From positions 3,482-67,481 of the forward strand of contig CAJUJG010000012.1 in assembly GCA_910586715.1 (NCBI GenBank): DNA of 64,000 nt, read 5' to 3'. Origin of the DNA: an uncultured Lachnospiraceae bacterium (GTDB taxonomy: Bacteria > Bacillota > Clostridia > Lachnospirales > Lachnospiraceae). Shown here piece by piece: positions 50,285 through 60,371 of this stretch; positions within the stretch are counted from its first letter, which is position 1, and each line of letters starts with the position of its first letter. The notes beneath the pieces are model-generated. The model was not told the origin of the DNA. It searched no databases and saw nothing but the letters and a program-made list of their open reading frames with translations. The position numbers and the translations under genes were made by a program.

Positions 50285-51013
50285 TCAAATAATATTTTCG
50301 GCAGCCTCTTTGATATTCTTTTTAAACCGTATACCAATATCTACGTATCCATGCCCATCTTTTAATTGGATTCTTCTGTTAGGAATGTCTATATTCTGAA
50401 TAAATCTCTTATTTATAACCGCGCTTCGGCTGCACTGGATAAAATCGCCGCTGTCTATATCATCCAACAGCTTTTTTAACGTAATGTATGGAATATTTAA
50501 GGTATCGCCTTGCCTCGTATGTATATGGATAATATGCTTAACACTTTCCGCATATATGACATCTTCCCGTTCAACAGCTAAAATAATGCCATCTTTTCTA
50601 AAATATAATGTTTTTGCCCTATTACATATTTCCGGGAACCGCAGACATTGCTCCACTAGCTGCTTCAATTGGTCATCATCAAAAGGCTTTTCTATAAATC
50701 TGTAACAATGTAACTTTTCATAAGTATACAATTTAGCATCTTCCAATGACGTAACAAAAATTATGGGTACAAATCTATAATGATTAACTTTTCTTATGTT
50801 TTCTACAAAATTCAATCCCGACACATCCCCCGGTTTACTATCTAATATAATATCGATAATAAACAAGTCAATTAATTTTTCACTCGCACACTGGTATGCG
50901 TCTTTCACATTGTCAAATGGATACACAGTTACTTTTGCGTCAATTTCCTGAACAATATCTGCAAGATGAATTAATATCAACCGGTTATCTTCTAAAACAA
51001 GTACTTTTTTCAT
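50285..51013 (-). CDS. LytTR-family response regulator (AgrA-like)
   Basis: Receiver domain (LEDN, IDI, FIEKP) plus FIQCSRSAVIN LytTR motif. Confidence 0.9.
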   Translation of the reverse strand: MKKVLVLEDNRLILIHLADIVQEIDAKVTVYPFDNVKDAYQCASEKLIDLFIIDIILDSKPGDVSGLNFVENIRKVNHYRFVPIIFVTSLEDAKLYTYEKLHCYRFIEKPFDDDQLKQLVEQCLRFPEICNRAKTLYFRKDGIILAVEREDVIYAESVKHIIHIHTRQGDTLNIPYITLKKLLDDIDSGDFIQCSRSAVINKRFIQNIDIPNRRIQLKDGHGYVDIGIRFKKNIKEAAENII

Positions 51014-51033
51014 ATTACTCTGATCACCATTAT

Positions 51034-51708
51034 TTACTTTATTTTATGAATATTTTTTAGAATATTCAATATACTTTCCCTGTAATCGATATCAATTGCA
51101 TCCAAAATTGTGGCAATTTCACTTATCATACCAGCTTTATCTTCCAAGAGAACTGTCGGCGGAATATAAAACAAATCATATAATCGCCAAAGCAGCTCGC
51201 TGTCCGGCAAGCATCTGCCTTTCTCTAAATCCCGAAATTTTTTAATATCAACTCCCATTTCCTCTGCCATTTTCTTTTGTCTGCAATTCATGGTATGTCT
51301 TAATATGAGAAAAATATTTTTAGAATTATCATTTTGCATAATCAATGGAACATAACTGATTCTTTTTAAAATACTTTTCAATTGTTTTGATGTATCTTTT
51401 TTATGATAGTAAAGTATAACTGCATAGATCACATTTAAATAACCGCTTAATTCCGAATAATTACAGCTATATAAAAAATCTATACATTGATTATTGCTTA
51501 CTCTTCCCGTAAAAATATAATAGACATCAATTGGCGAGGCACACAGGTATTTTAATTCATTAAAACTCAAACGCCGTAATGCAAGTTCAACTTTACTATA
51601 ATTACTTTGTGTCATATGTGTGATCTGTGCCATTTCATTTTGCGATAAAGATTTACTGGAACGTTGTTCTTTTAATCTCACTAATACGTTATTGTAACTT
51701 AAACCCAT
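51034..51708 (-). CDS. Regulator with two XRE-type HTH domains
   Basis: RLKEQR..SLSQNEMA....QSNYSKVE and R....QKKMAEEMGV......LEKG..LP motifs. Confidence 0.75.
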   Translation of the reverse strand: MGLSYNNVLVRLKEQRSSKSLSQNEMAQITHMTQSNYSKVELALRRLSFNELKYLCASPIDVYYIFTGRVSNNQCIDFLYSCNYSELSGYLNVIYAVILYYHKKDTSKQLKSILKRISYVPLIMQNDNSKNIFLILRHTMNCRQKKMAEEMGVDIKKFRDLEKGRCLPDSELLWRLYDLFYIPPTVLLEDKAGMISEIATILDAIDIDYRESILNILKNIHKIK

Positions 51709-51790
51709 AGGTAGACTTCCTTTGTACTGTAATTCATTTACCTATTTTAAGTCAATTTTAATATCTATTATACACCGATTTAGAACTATT

Positions 51791-53120
51791 CTATGAAAAT
51801 TCGTTTTCACACATTTTTTCTGCCTGTTCGATAATTAAATCTACTGCATTCGCCTGCTTATCTGGCGGATACTTATATTTTCTAAGCAGCCTTTTTACAG
51901 TAATTCTCATCTGTGCCCTGACACTCTCTCGAACATCCCAGTCAACCTTAATGTTATTCTTAATGCTTATTGTAAGCTCTCTTGCAATTTGTTTCAGAAC
52001 ATCATTCCCATAAAATTCCCTGGCAGACTCATTGGAAGATATTGCATCATAAAATGCCAATTCATCGTCTGATAATCCAAGTTTTTCGCCTCTTTTATGA
52101 AGTTCATTCATATCTTTAGCCATATCAACCAACGCCCTAATAATTTCCACGGTCTCCAATGAACGTTTTTCGTATTGAATAACTGAGGCTTCCAGCATTT
52201 CTGAAAACTTCTTTGCCTGAACTACGTTCTTTTTAGCAATTGCCTGAATCCTGCCATGAAGCAAACGCTGTAGAAGTTCCAACGCCAAATTTTTTTGCGG
52301 TAATCCTTCTACTTCTTCAAGAAATTCATCAGACAAAACGGATATATCCGTTTTATTTAATCCAACCGCAGAAAGTATATCCACTACTTCTTCGGAAATA
52401 ACCGATTTAGACACCAATTGTCCTATTTGGTATTCTAATTGGTCCTTTGTTTTTTTCTGCCTGTCCTTTGGCAATATCTTTATAATACCTGATTTAACCG
52501 CTTTAAAAAAGCTAATCTCTACATTGATCGCTTGAGCCTGTTTTGAGGTTGAGCATAATGCATATGCCTTACTGATTTCCACAATCAAATTAAGGAATTC
52601 TTTTTTCTCGCCTCTTGGTTTACCCAAAACAAAATCCACACCAGAAACAATAGCAGCCATTCGTTCACCCGCAGATCCGTCTATATAAGAAGAGTAGTCC
52701 AATCCGTGCAATATCCCTTGTATCTGCTCGTACTTTTCAAGCATGAGGTCTATTGCAACCTGTGGGTCAATGCCTGTCGTGTTTCGGTCAGAAGATGTAT
52801 ATTGTGCTAATGCGCTTCTTAAATTATCCGCAATACCAATATAATCTACAACCAAACCGCCTGGCTTATCTTTAAACACACGGTTAACCCGTGCAATGGC
52901 CTGCATAAGATTATGCCCGCTCATCGGCTTATCAATATACATCGTATGAAGACAGGGGACATCAAATCCTGTTAACCACATATCGCAAACAATAACAATT
53001 TGTAATTCGTCTTCCACATCTTTCATTCTCTTTGCAAGCAGCCTTTTCTGCGATATAGTGGTTGCATGCGGTTGAAATTCAGGTGGATCAGATGCCGCGG
53101 AAGTCATAATAACTTCTGTC
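51791..53120 (-). pseudogene. hsdR: Type I R-M restriction subunit HsdR, C-terminal portion only
   Basis: IVIVCDMWLTGFDVP.LHTMYIDKPM, LMQAIARVNR and KYKYPPD motifs; nuclease domain and Walker A/B regions absent. Confidence 0.85.
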
Positions 53121-54336
53121 TTTGAGTACGGCTGTCCTCATAAGGTTCTGTTTCCATATTTCTGGCATCAATAAACAAAATTTCTCCTTGACGATCACGG
53201 TATCCGTTTTTTAGCTTATTGCGCGCTATAAACCATAAACAAACCGGAATCGATGTTGTTGAAAACATTCCACCCGGCAAAGTAACAATACAGTCAATCT
53301 TATCATCTTCAATTAAGTTCTTGCGAATATTGTATTCGCTGATTGTTGAAGATGAAAGAGAACCGTTTGCCAGCACAAAACCTGCCGTTCCGCTTGGCGC
53401 CAGATGATAAAGCATATGTAAAATCCATGCATAATTGGCATTACCCGTTGGCGGTATCCCATATTTACTCCATCTTGGATCATCTATTAAACGTTCTCCG
53501 CCCCAATCACTGATATTAAAAGGCGGGTTTGCCATAATATAATCCGCCTTTAAACTTTTATGCTGATCGTTGTGGAACGAATCTGCATTTTGTTGTCCGA
53601 GATTTGCTTCAATTCCACGGATTGCAAGATTCATTTTGCACAGTTTCCAAGTATTATAATTGGATTCCTGACCATAAATGGCTAATTGACCATCCATTCG
53701 TCCTTCTCTGTCCTCTACAAAACGCTCGCTCTGTACAAACATACCGCCAGAACCGCAGCAAGGATCATAAACACGTCCATCATGAGGTTCAATCATAGCC
53801 ACAATCAACTCAACTATACTGCGTGGAGTATAGAATTCTCCGCCCAGTTTTCCTTCAGCACGGGCAAACTTTCCAAGAAAATATTCATATACGGAGCCTA
53901 ATGTATCTTTGCTTTTGTCATTTCCAATTTCAAGCCCAGATAACAAATCTACCAGCTCGCCCAAAGAATGTTTATCTAAAGAAGCTCTTGCAAAATCTTT
54001 AGGAAGTACACCGCGCAAAGAAGAGTTTTCTTTTTCAATCACATACATGGAATTGTCAATAACCTGACCAATTGTCGGATCCTTGGCTTTGCTTTTAATC
54101 ACTTCCCAGCGTGCCTCCTGCGGTACCCAAAATACATTTTTAGCAAGATACTCATCTCTGTCTTCCGGATCTGCATATTCATCCTGAGAAATTTCCCGAT
54201 AAGCCCGTTCAAAGCTGTCAGAAATATATTTTAAAAATATAAGCCCAAGGCATACATGCTTATACTCTGCCGAATCCATATTATTACGGAGTTTATCCGC
54301 CATTAACCATAAGTCTTCTTTTCTTAACTCAGCCAT
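53104..54336 (-). pseudogene. hsdM: Type I R-M methyltransferase HsdM, C-terminally truncated
   Basis: [21 protein letters not shown] and ANPPFN motifs; stops shortly after ILFIDAR, lacking the usual C-terminal region. Confidence 0.8.
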
Positions 54337-54559
54337 TATGCTCCCCCATCATTTTATATATTTGATTTAAGACCTTTCCTTATTGAGTATTATATCGGTA
54401 TTACTATAATAATGTATCACATAAATCCCTTGTCCTGCACGTTAAAACACCTTACCCATTATTTAATTGATTATATCATTTTTATGCACCATTTACCACT
54501 ATAAAAAGCCTGTTTCCATTCCGCTGCTTGGAATAAAAACAGGCTTTCTGCATATTAAC

Positions 54560-54666
54560 GTATCATGCACGTCTCCTCTCCGCACGGTTCCGTCGTAGGA
54601 TACTGTCACGTCAGGCGTAACCTGATCGCCCAAATATACGGCTTCCTCAATCTGTACCGACAGTTC
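54560..54666 (-). pseudogene. Orphan fragment resembling a surface-protein repeat module
   Basis: ELSVQIEEAVYLGDQVTPDVTVSYDG without a start codon; resembles Y.G..V.P.VTV.Y.G repeats of Lachnospiraceae surface proteins. Confidence 0.35.
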
Positions 54667-54785
54667 TTAATTCTATTTAACCTTATATTAAATTAAAAGG
54701 TGTCCCAAATGAACACCTTTCTTACGCAGTATTTCACAATTTCTCGCTGTTACTACTCTCTCCGTTCCAATAGCCTTTCGCCGCC

Positions 54786-55475
54786 CTACGGCAAATCCCG
54801 TACTTCCACACGGTGCAGAGACAAAAATACCGCCCATGCCGCAATCACAAGCAGCATTCCATAAAACGCCAAATTATTTACCAGCGTCGCTGAGCCAATA
54901 TTTCCCTGCGTCAGAAACGTAATCACCACCGCCGTCACAATCGCCGCCTTGGACGATTTCATCAGCAGCCCAATCGGCAGCGCAATGTAACTGATACTCA
55001 CCATCGCAGCCGAACCAAGAAGCATATCCAGCCAAAAAGACGGTGCATCAAACGCAATTCCTGCTGCGGATATTCCGAGAAACGGTCTTGCCAAAAGCAT
55101 CATTCCAAATGTAAATGCCTTGCTTATCACCATCGCCGCAACATTGAACAGCCATACGGCAGCCATTTTTGATATTAAAATCTTTTTCCGGCTAATCGGG
55201 TACGAAAACATTAAATGCATCGTCCTTTTTTCATAAGCGCCCACAATAAAGGACGCCAGCATCACTCCCGTAAAAATGATATACGCCATATTCATAAAAA
55301 GGTCCACAGAGGCATTTATCATGTCCGTTCCATACGCCTCCACCGTTTCCATCGTCTCAAGCTCCCCCGCCATCGCAGTAAGCATCAGCGAAAGAATTAC
55401 CGTCATAATTACCGCGTTTCGAATATACGTTCCTACCCTATTTTTCTTCCATTCCAAACGAATTAATTTTAGCAT
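54786..55475 (-). CDS. ABC-2-type permease (bacitracin/lantibiotic-immunity-like)
   Basis: MLKLIRLEWKK start; MFSYPISRKKILISK motif; about six TM helices. Confidence 0.85.
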   Translation of the reverse strand: MLKLIRLEWKKNRVGTYIRNAVIMTVILSLMLTAMAGELETMETVEAYGTDMINASVDLFMNMAYIIFTGVMLASFIVGAYEKRTMHLMFSYPISRKKILISKMAAVWLFNVAAMVISKAFTFGMMLLARPFLGISAAGIAFDAPSFWLDMLLGSAAMVSISYIALPIGLLMKSSKAAIVTAVVITFLTQGNIGSATLVNNLAFYGMLLVIAAWAVFLSLHRVEVRDLP

Positions 55476-56389
55476 AATTGTCCCTCCTGTGTCAGTTTTA
55501 GAAAATAATCCTCCAGGCTTTCCGATTTCCTTCCGATTGCCGAAAGCCCGACATCATTCAAAGCCAGCGCCTTTGACAGCTCATCCGTCGTAACCCTGCC
55601 GTCATAAACACGGATACGGTTCCCGTCAAATACCTTGAAATTATGCAAATGCAGCTGCTCCGCCAACACATAAGCTGCCTTCGTAAGATCCGCCGCCGCA
55701 ATCTCAATATACTCCGTGTTCTGCTCGGAAATCTCCTTCATGGAAATCTCTTTCTGCATAACGCCATGATGAATCACGCCAATCGTTTCCGCAATACTCT
55801 CCACCTCCGAAAGCATATGACTGGAAATTATAATTGTCATTCCATATTCCACACACAGTCTTTGGAACAAATCCCTAAGCTGCTTCATCCCCGCAGGGTC
55901 CAACCCATTTGTCGGCTCGTCCAGAACCAAAAGCTCCGGACGGCATAAAATCGCGCGCGCAATTCCCAACCGCTGTTTCATGCCCAATGAGTAATTTTTC
56001 ACCGCCTTTTCGGCAGCATCCGTCAATCCCAACATCGCAAGCGCATTCTCAACACTCTCGGGCATATAATACCCCATATATTCACAGTGGAGCTGCAAAT
56101 TCTCCCGCCCGCTCATATGCTCATAAAAACACGGGAACTCAATAATACTGCCTATCCGTTTCAGCACCTTATAAGAAGTCGGCGTAAGCGCCTCCCCAAA
56201 CAGCTCCACCGTGCCCGATGTCGGTTTCCACAGGTTCGTAATCATCTTCATGACCGTCGTCTTACCAGCGCCATTTGGACCCAAAAATCCATAGATTTCC
56301 CCTTTTTTGACATGAATGTCAACGTTTTTTACCAAGTCCTTTTTGTCAATGGTTTTCGTTAATTGATGTGTCTGTAAAATATTCTGCAT
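55469..56389 (-). CDS. ABC ATPase (BcrA-like)
   Basis: GPNGAGKT, YSLGMKQRL and LDEPTNGLDP motifs. Confidence 0.9.
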   Translation of the reverse strand: MQNILQTHQLTKTIDKKDLVKNVDIHVKKGEIYGFLGPNGAGKTTVMKMITNLWKPTSGTVELFGEALTPTSYKVLKRIGSIIEFPCFYEHMSGRENLQLHCEYMGYYMPESVENALAMLGLTDAAEKAVKNYSLGMKQRLGIARAILCRPELLVLDEPTNGLDPAGMKQLRDLFQRLCVEYGMTIIISSHMLSEVESIAETIGVIHHGVMQKEISMKEISEQNTEYIEIAAADLTKAAYVLAEQLHLHNFKVFDGNRIRVYDGRVTTDELSKALALNDVGLSAIGRKSESLEDYFLKLTQEGQLC

Positions 56390-56412
56390 CGTTTCTTCCT
56401 CCTTTTAAAACC

Positions 56413-56466
56413 ATTATAACGATGCCGTTTTTCAAAACTCTTGCCAAATTCTTACGAATTTCTTTC
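56413..56466 (-). promoter_or_regulatory. Response-regulator-dependent promoter of the ABC operon
   Basis: GAAAGA/GTAAGA/GCAAGA repeats with 11-bp period upstream of TATAAT (56413-56418, minus strand). Confidence 0.55.
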
Positions 56467-56478
56467 GTTGCGCAATTT

Positions 56479-57414
56479 TTACAATACAGCCTCCAGTTTC
56501 ACCGTAAAAACCGTCCTCACATGCGGCTCGCTCTCCAATAAAACATCCCCGCCCATCTGCTGCGCAAGATTTTTGGCAATCGTCAGCCCCAAGCCGTTCC
56601 CCTGTATCTGCCGGTTGCGCGAATCCTCCATTGTATAAAGCCGCTCAAACACACTTGCCGCAAACGCCTTCTCAATCCCCTTTCCCTTATCCGCAACATC
56701 CATATGCACAAATCGCCCCTCACTGCGCAGCGCAATCCCGATATATTTTCCGTCGCTGCCGTATCGTATGGCATTTGACAGCAGATTCGTTAAAATTCTG
56801 TCAATCGACTCCCTGTCCCCCCACACAAACAGATTCTCTTCCGGTATTGAAATGTCAACCGTAAACTCCTTTTGCAAAAGCAGCTCATAAAAGCCAAGCA
56901 CAGTCTCCCTGCACAGCTCGCTGAGATTGATTTTCGTCCGTTCCATGCGCATATCTCCCGCCTCAAGCTTTGCCAATGTAAAAAACGCATTGATTAGTTC
57001 CAGCACCTGTTTTGCCTTTTCCTCCACCTTTTGCAGGCTTTCGTCATCCTCCCTGCCAATCCGCATAATTTCCAAATACCCTAAAATCACGGTCAGCGGC
57101 GTCTTGATATCGTGCGAAATATTCGCAAGCATCTTCTTCGACGACAGCTCCTGCTTCCTGTAATCAACCTTAACCTTCTGCCTGTCCAAAAGCATTCTGT
57201 TAATCTGTCCGATTAAGTCCTGCAACGCGGCATCGTCCGTAAAAACCATCACCTTCTCATCGCTGTCCCGCTCCAAAATTTCCGCCAGCTTTTCGCTGAT
57301 TTCCCTTAATTTTGCCTGCAAACTGTTTTTAAAAAGAAGCTGCTGGTAAAACACACTTACCAACAGCAAAGCAATTCCTCCAATCAAACAAATTATGATA
57401 AACTTATCACTCAT
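56479..57414 (-). CDS. Sensor histidine kinase
   Basis: Single N-terminal TM; NISHDIKTP, NAIRY, DKGKGI and GNGLGL motifs. Confidence 0.9.
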   Translation of the reverse strand: MSDKFIIICLIGGIALLLVSVFYQQLLFKNSLQAKLREISEKLAEILERDSDEKVMVFTDDAALQDLIGQINRMLLDRQKVKVDYRKQELSSKKMLANISHDIKTPLTVILGYLEIMRIGREDDESLQKVEEKAKQVLELINAFFTLAKLEAGDMRMERTKINLSELCRETVLGFYELLLQKEFTVDISIPEENLFVWGDRESIDRILTNLLSNAIRYGSDGKYIGIALRSEGRFVHMDVADKGKGIEKAFAASVFERLYTMEDSRNRQIQGNGLGLTIAKNLAQQMGGDVLLESEPHVRTVFTVKLEAVL

Positions 57415-58129
57415 TCCAGTCCCCCAATTTATAACCAATCCCCCATACCGTAACCACATACTGCGGACTGCGCGGATTGTCCTCTATTTTGTTGCGCAGC
57501 CTGCTGATATGCACATTAACCGCATTTTCGTCGCCAACATACACGTCATTCCATACAAACGCATAAATCTGCTCCTTCGTATACACCTTTTTCGGATTTT
57601 TCATCAGCAGCTTTAAAATCTCAAATTCCTTCGCCGTCAGTTCAATCCGTTCCCCGTTTTTTGTCACCGAATAATCCCCTAAGTTGACCGTCAATGCTCC
57701 TTTAATAAGAACACCTTCATCGCTGTCCGCATCCGCCGCGTATTTCGTACTCCTGCGGATATTCGCCTTAATGCGCGCCAAAACCTCCGTCACGGAAAAC
57801 GGCTTTGTCACATAATCATCTGCGCCAAGCCCCAACCCCAACGTTTTATCGGAATCCGTATCCCTTGCAGACAAAATAATAATCGGCACGGTACTGTTTT
57901 CCCGAATGGTCTTCATAACCTCCAGCCCACTTTTTTTCGGCATCATAAGATCCAGCAAAATCAGACTGTACGTATCCGCAAAAAATTGCCTGCATGCGCT
58001 TTCTCCGTCATAAGCGGTTATAACCTCAAATTTTTCAGTCTCTAAAAAAGTTTTCAACATGTCACTGATTTCCGTGTCGTCCTCAACTAACAGGATTTTT
58101 TTTTTTTTTTTTCCATATGTTGTCTGCAT
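57407..58129 (-). CDS. OmpR-family response regulator with an N-terminal poly-A tract
   Basis: LLVEDD, LDLMMP, GADDYVTKPF and TVWGIGY motifs; AAAGGAG RBS. Confidence 0.9.
   Translation of the reverse strand: MQTTYGKKKKKILLVEDDTEISDMLKTFLETEKFEVITAYDGESACRQFFADTYSLILLDLMMPKKSGLEVMKTIRENSTVPIIILSARDTDSDKTLGLGLGADDYVTKPFSVTEVLARIKANIRRSTKYAADADSDEGVLIKGALTVNLGDYSVTKNGERIELTAKEFEILKLLMKNPKKVYTKEQIYAFVWNDVYVGDENAVNVHISRLRNKIEDNPRSPQYVVTVWGIGYKLGDWNE
58096..58112 (-). repeat. A17 homopolymer within codons 6-12 of the response regulator
   Basis: 17 consecutive T on the plus strand. Confidence 0.9.
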
Positions 58130-58230
58130 ATGCGCAAGTCTCCTTTACCACGTATATGAAAATCAAAGCATGGAAGCTAAGATAGAAAACCCGTTCTGTT
58201 TTCGCCGTTTCACATTAACAGCATCCTGTT

Positions 58231-58791
58231 TTAGTATCGACTAGGCAATTCTTTCTCCGTCCCATCATCCACAATAAGAGTAGTCAATGTTTCAGAACCA
58301 TCCTCAAACATAAACGCATAATTACAGCCGCCAAGTTCAAATGCCAAATAATCCTCACTATCCTGCTTGATTTCTGCGTCACCCATAGCCTCCTTAATCT
58401 CTTCCTTCGTGTACCCTTCAAAATTCACACCATTTACCAGCACTTCCCCCGTGGGAATTTCCAAATTATCATTATAAAGAATAACCCCAAAAATCACGCC
58501 CTTATCGAATTCAATTTTGTAAGACCCCTTGTTTGCCACAGACATATCCCCGTATAAAACATCATCCTTCGCTGCAAAAAAAGAGCTCCATGTTCTACCG
58601 TCCAACTGTTCCTCGCCAGAAAGAAAATTTGTAAATCCTGCCTCCTTCATATCACCTACCGTAGTCTTTCCCAGTTTCACCTCATAACCGTCGCATGTCA
58701 CAACAGCTTTTTTTCCTCCATCCGAACATGCTGTCAGCAAAATAGATACTACACATATCAAACTTAATAAAATATTTTTTTTCTTACGCAT
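58231..58791 (-). CDS. Small lipoprotein of unknown function
   Basis: Lipobox LLTAC; GGAGG RBS. Confidence 0.75.
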   Translation of the reverse strand: MRKKKNILLSLICVVSILLTACSDGGKKAVVTCDGYEVKLGKTTVGDMKEAGFTNFLSGEEQLDGRTWSSFFAAKDDVLYGDMSVANKGSYKIEFDKGVIFGVILYNDNLEIPTGEVLVNGVNFEGYTKEEIKEAMGDAEIKQDSEDYLAFELGGCNYAFMFEDGSETLTTLIVDDGTEKELPSRY

Positions 58792-58905
58792 TTTTGCCTC
58801 CATGGGTCAAGCGAACATGCTTGCATGTTCATTTGACCCTCAAATCAAGGTTGAAAGATTTTCTTTCAACCTTAACCTCTCATATTATAGTGTATACACG
58901 TATTA

Positions 58906-58934
58906 GAGAGGCAGATCTAAAAACCTGCCTCTCT
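58906..58934 (-). terminator. Hairpin/terminator after metK
   Basis: AGAGAGGCAG...CTGCCTCTCT inverted repeat. Confidence 0.55.
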
Positions 58935-58947
58935 GTTATCAACAATA

Positions 58948-60153
58948 CTATAGATATTTCTTCAGAACATCCACCTTATCCAATTTCTCCCACGGAAGAT
59001 CAAGGTCATTTCTGCCAAAATGTCCATAAGCCGCTGTCTGCTTATAAATTGGTCTTCTTAAGTTGAGCGTCTTAATGATTCCTGCCGGACGCAGGTCAAA
59101 ATTCTCACGTACAATCTCAACCAGTTTTTCATTGCCGAGCTTACCTGTGCCAAATGTATCCACATTGACAGAAGTCGGCTGAGCAACACCAATTGCATAA
59201 GAAAGCTGTATCTCGCACTTCTCTGCAAGCCCTGCCGCTACAATATTCTTTGCTACATATCTTGCCGCATATGCAGCGCTTCTGTCCACCTTCGTGCAGT
59301 CTTTTCCTGAGAATGCTCCGCCGCCGTGACGCGCATATCCGCCATAAGTGTCCACAATAATCTTACGTCCCGTAAGTCCCGCATCGCCATGCGGTCCACC
59401 GATTACAAAACGTCCTGTCGGATTGATGAAGAACTTTGTATCTGCATCAATAAGCTCCTTGGGAAGAATTACGTCAAACACATGCTTTTTGATATCCTCA
59501 TGAATCTGTTCCTGCGTTACATCGTCATCATGCTGTGTCGAGAGAACCACTGCTTCAAGTCTCTTCGGCTTTCCATTCTCATCATACTCTACAGACACCT
59601 GCGTCTTTCCGTCGGGTCTTAAATACTTCAAGGTACCATCCTTGCGCACCTTGGTCAGCTGCAGTGCAAGCTTATGTGCAAGAGAAATCGGGTATGGCAT
59701 GTACTCCTCTGTTTCGTTTGTCGCATAACCAAACATCATACCCTGGTCACCTGCACCGATTGCCTCAATTTGGGCATCGCTCATCGTGTTCTCTGAATTA
59801 TCGTTAGACAATTTTGCCTCCAAAGCCTTGTCCACACCCATCGCAATATCGCCCGACTGCTCATCAATTGCCGTAAAAACGGCGCACGTATTTCCGTCAA
59901 ATCCGTATTCTGATTTATTGTAGCCGATTTCCTTTACCGTATCACGCACAATCTTCGGTATGTCTACGTATGCCTTTGTTGTAATCTCTCCTGTTACAAG
60001 CACAAAGCCTGTACATGTCGCTGTCTCACAGGCAACACGGCTCATTGGATCCTGCTCCATAAGAGCATCAAGAATTGCGTCGGAAATGGCATCACACACT
60101 TTGTCAGGATGCCCTTCTGTTACAGATTCCGAAGTAAATAAAAGTTTCTCCAT
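58948..60153 (-). CDS. metK: S-adenosylmethionine synthetase
   Basis: [19 protein letters not shown] and GGGAFSGKD motifs; start after AAGGAGG. Confidence 0.97.
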   Translation of the reverse strand: MEKLLFTSESVTEGHPDKVCDAISDAILDALMEQDPMSRVACETATCTGFVLVTGEITTKAYVDIPKIVRDTVKEIGYNKSEYGFDGNTCAVFTAIDEQSGDIAMGVDKALEAKLSNDNSENTMSDAQIEAIGAGDQGMMFGYATNETEEYMPYPISLAHKLALQLTKVRKDGTLKYLRPDGKTQVSVEYDENGKPKRLEAVVLSTQHDDDVTQEQIHEDIKKHVFDVILPKELIDADTKFFINPTGRFVIGGPHGDAGLTGRKIIVDTYGGYARHGGGAFSGKDCTKVDRSAAYAARYVAKNIVAAGLAEKCEIQLSYAIGVAQPTSVNVDTFGTGKLGNEKLVEIVRENFDLRPAGIIKTLNLRRPIYKQTAAYGHFGRNDLDLPWEKLDKVDVLKKYL

Positions 60154-60221
60154 TGTATATCCTCCTTGTTTTTCTGTAGAAAAATTTACTACTCCTGTAG
60201 GAGCAGTAAATTTTCCTCCTA

Positions 60222-60311
60222 AAAATCGAGTAGGGGAACGACCTTCTCCACTACTCGCCGCGCGCCCCATGCGCCGCTTTAGCAGCATACTTCCTTTTCA
60301 TGGGGCTGTGC
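60222..60311 (-). repeat. Dispersed structured intergenic element, copy B
   Basis: Minus strand reads GCAC-GCCCCATG-AAGGAA-GCTGC TAAA GCGGC-CATGGGGC-GCGCG-CGAGTAG...CTACTCG-ATTTT. Confidence 0.7.
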
Positions 60312-60313
60312 AT

Positions 60314-60345
60314 AAAAAGTCCGCCTATTCGTCTGAATAAGCGGA
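60314..60345 (-). terminator. Riboswitch expression-platform terminator
   Basis: TCCGCTTATTC-agac-GAATAGGCGGA-CTTTTT; its 5' arm (CTTATT) can alternatively pair with the 3' strand of P1 (AATAAG). Confidence 0.8.
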
Positions 60346-60371
60346 TGTGATTGTTTACCGATAATCAAATC

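Noticed and set aside
60154..60288. 45-aa N-terminal extension of MetK in the ORF track
   Set aside because: It runs through the structured leader; the conserved start [10 protein letters not shown] at 60153 has its own AAGGAGG RBS.
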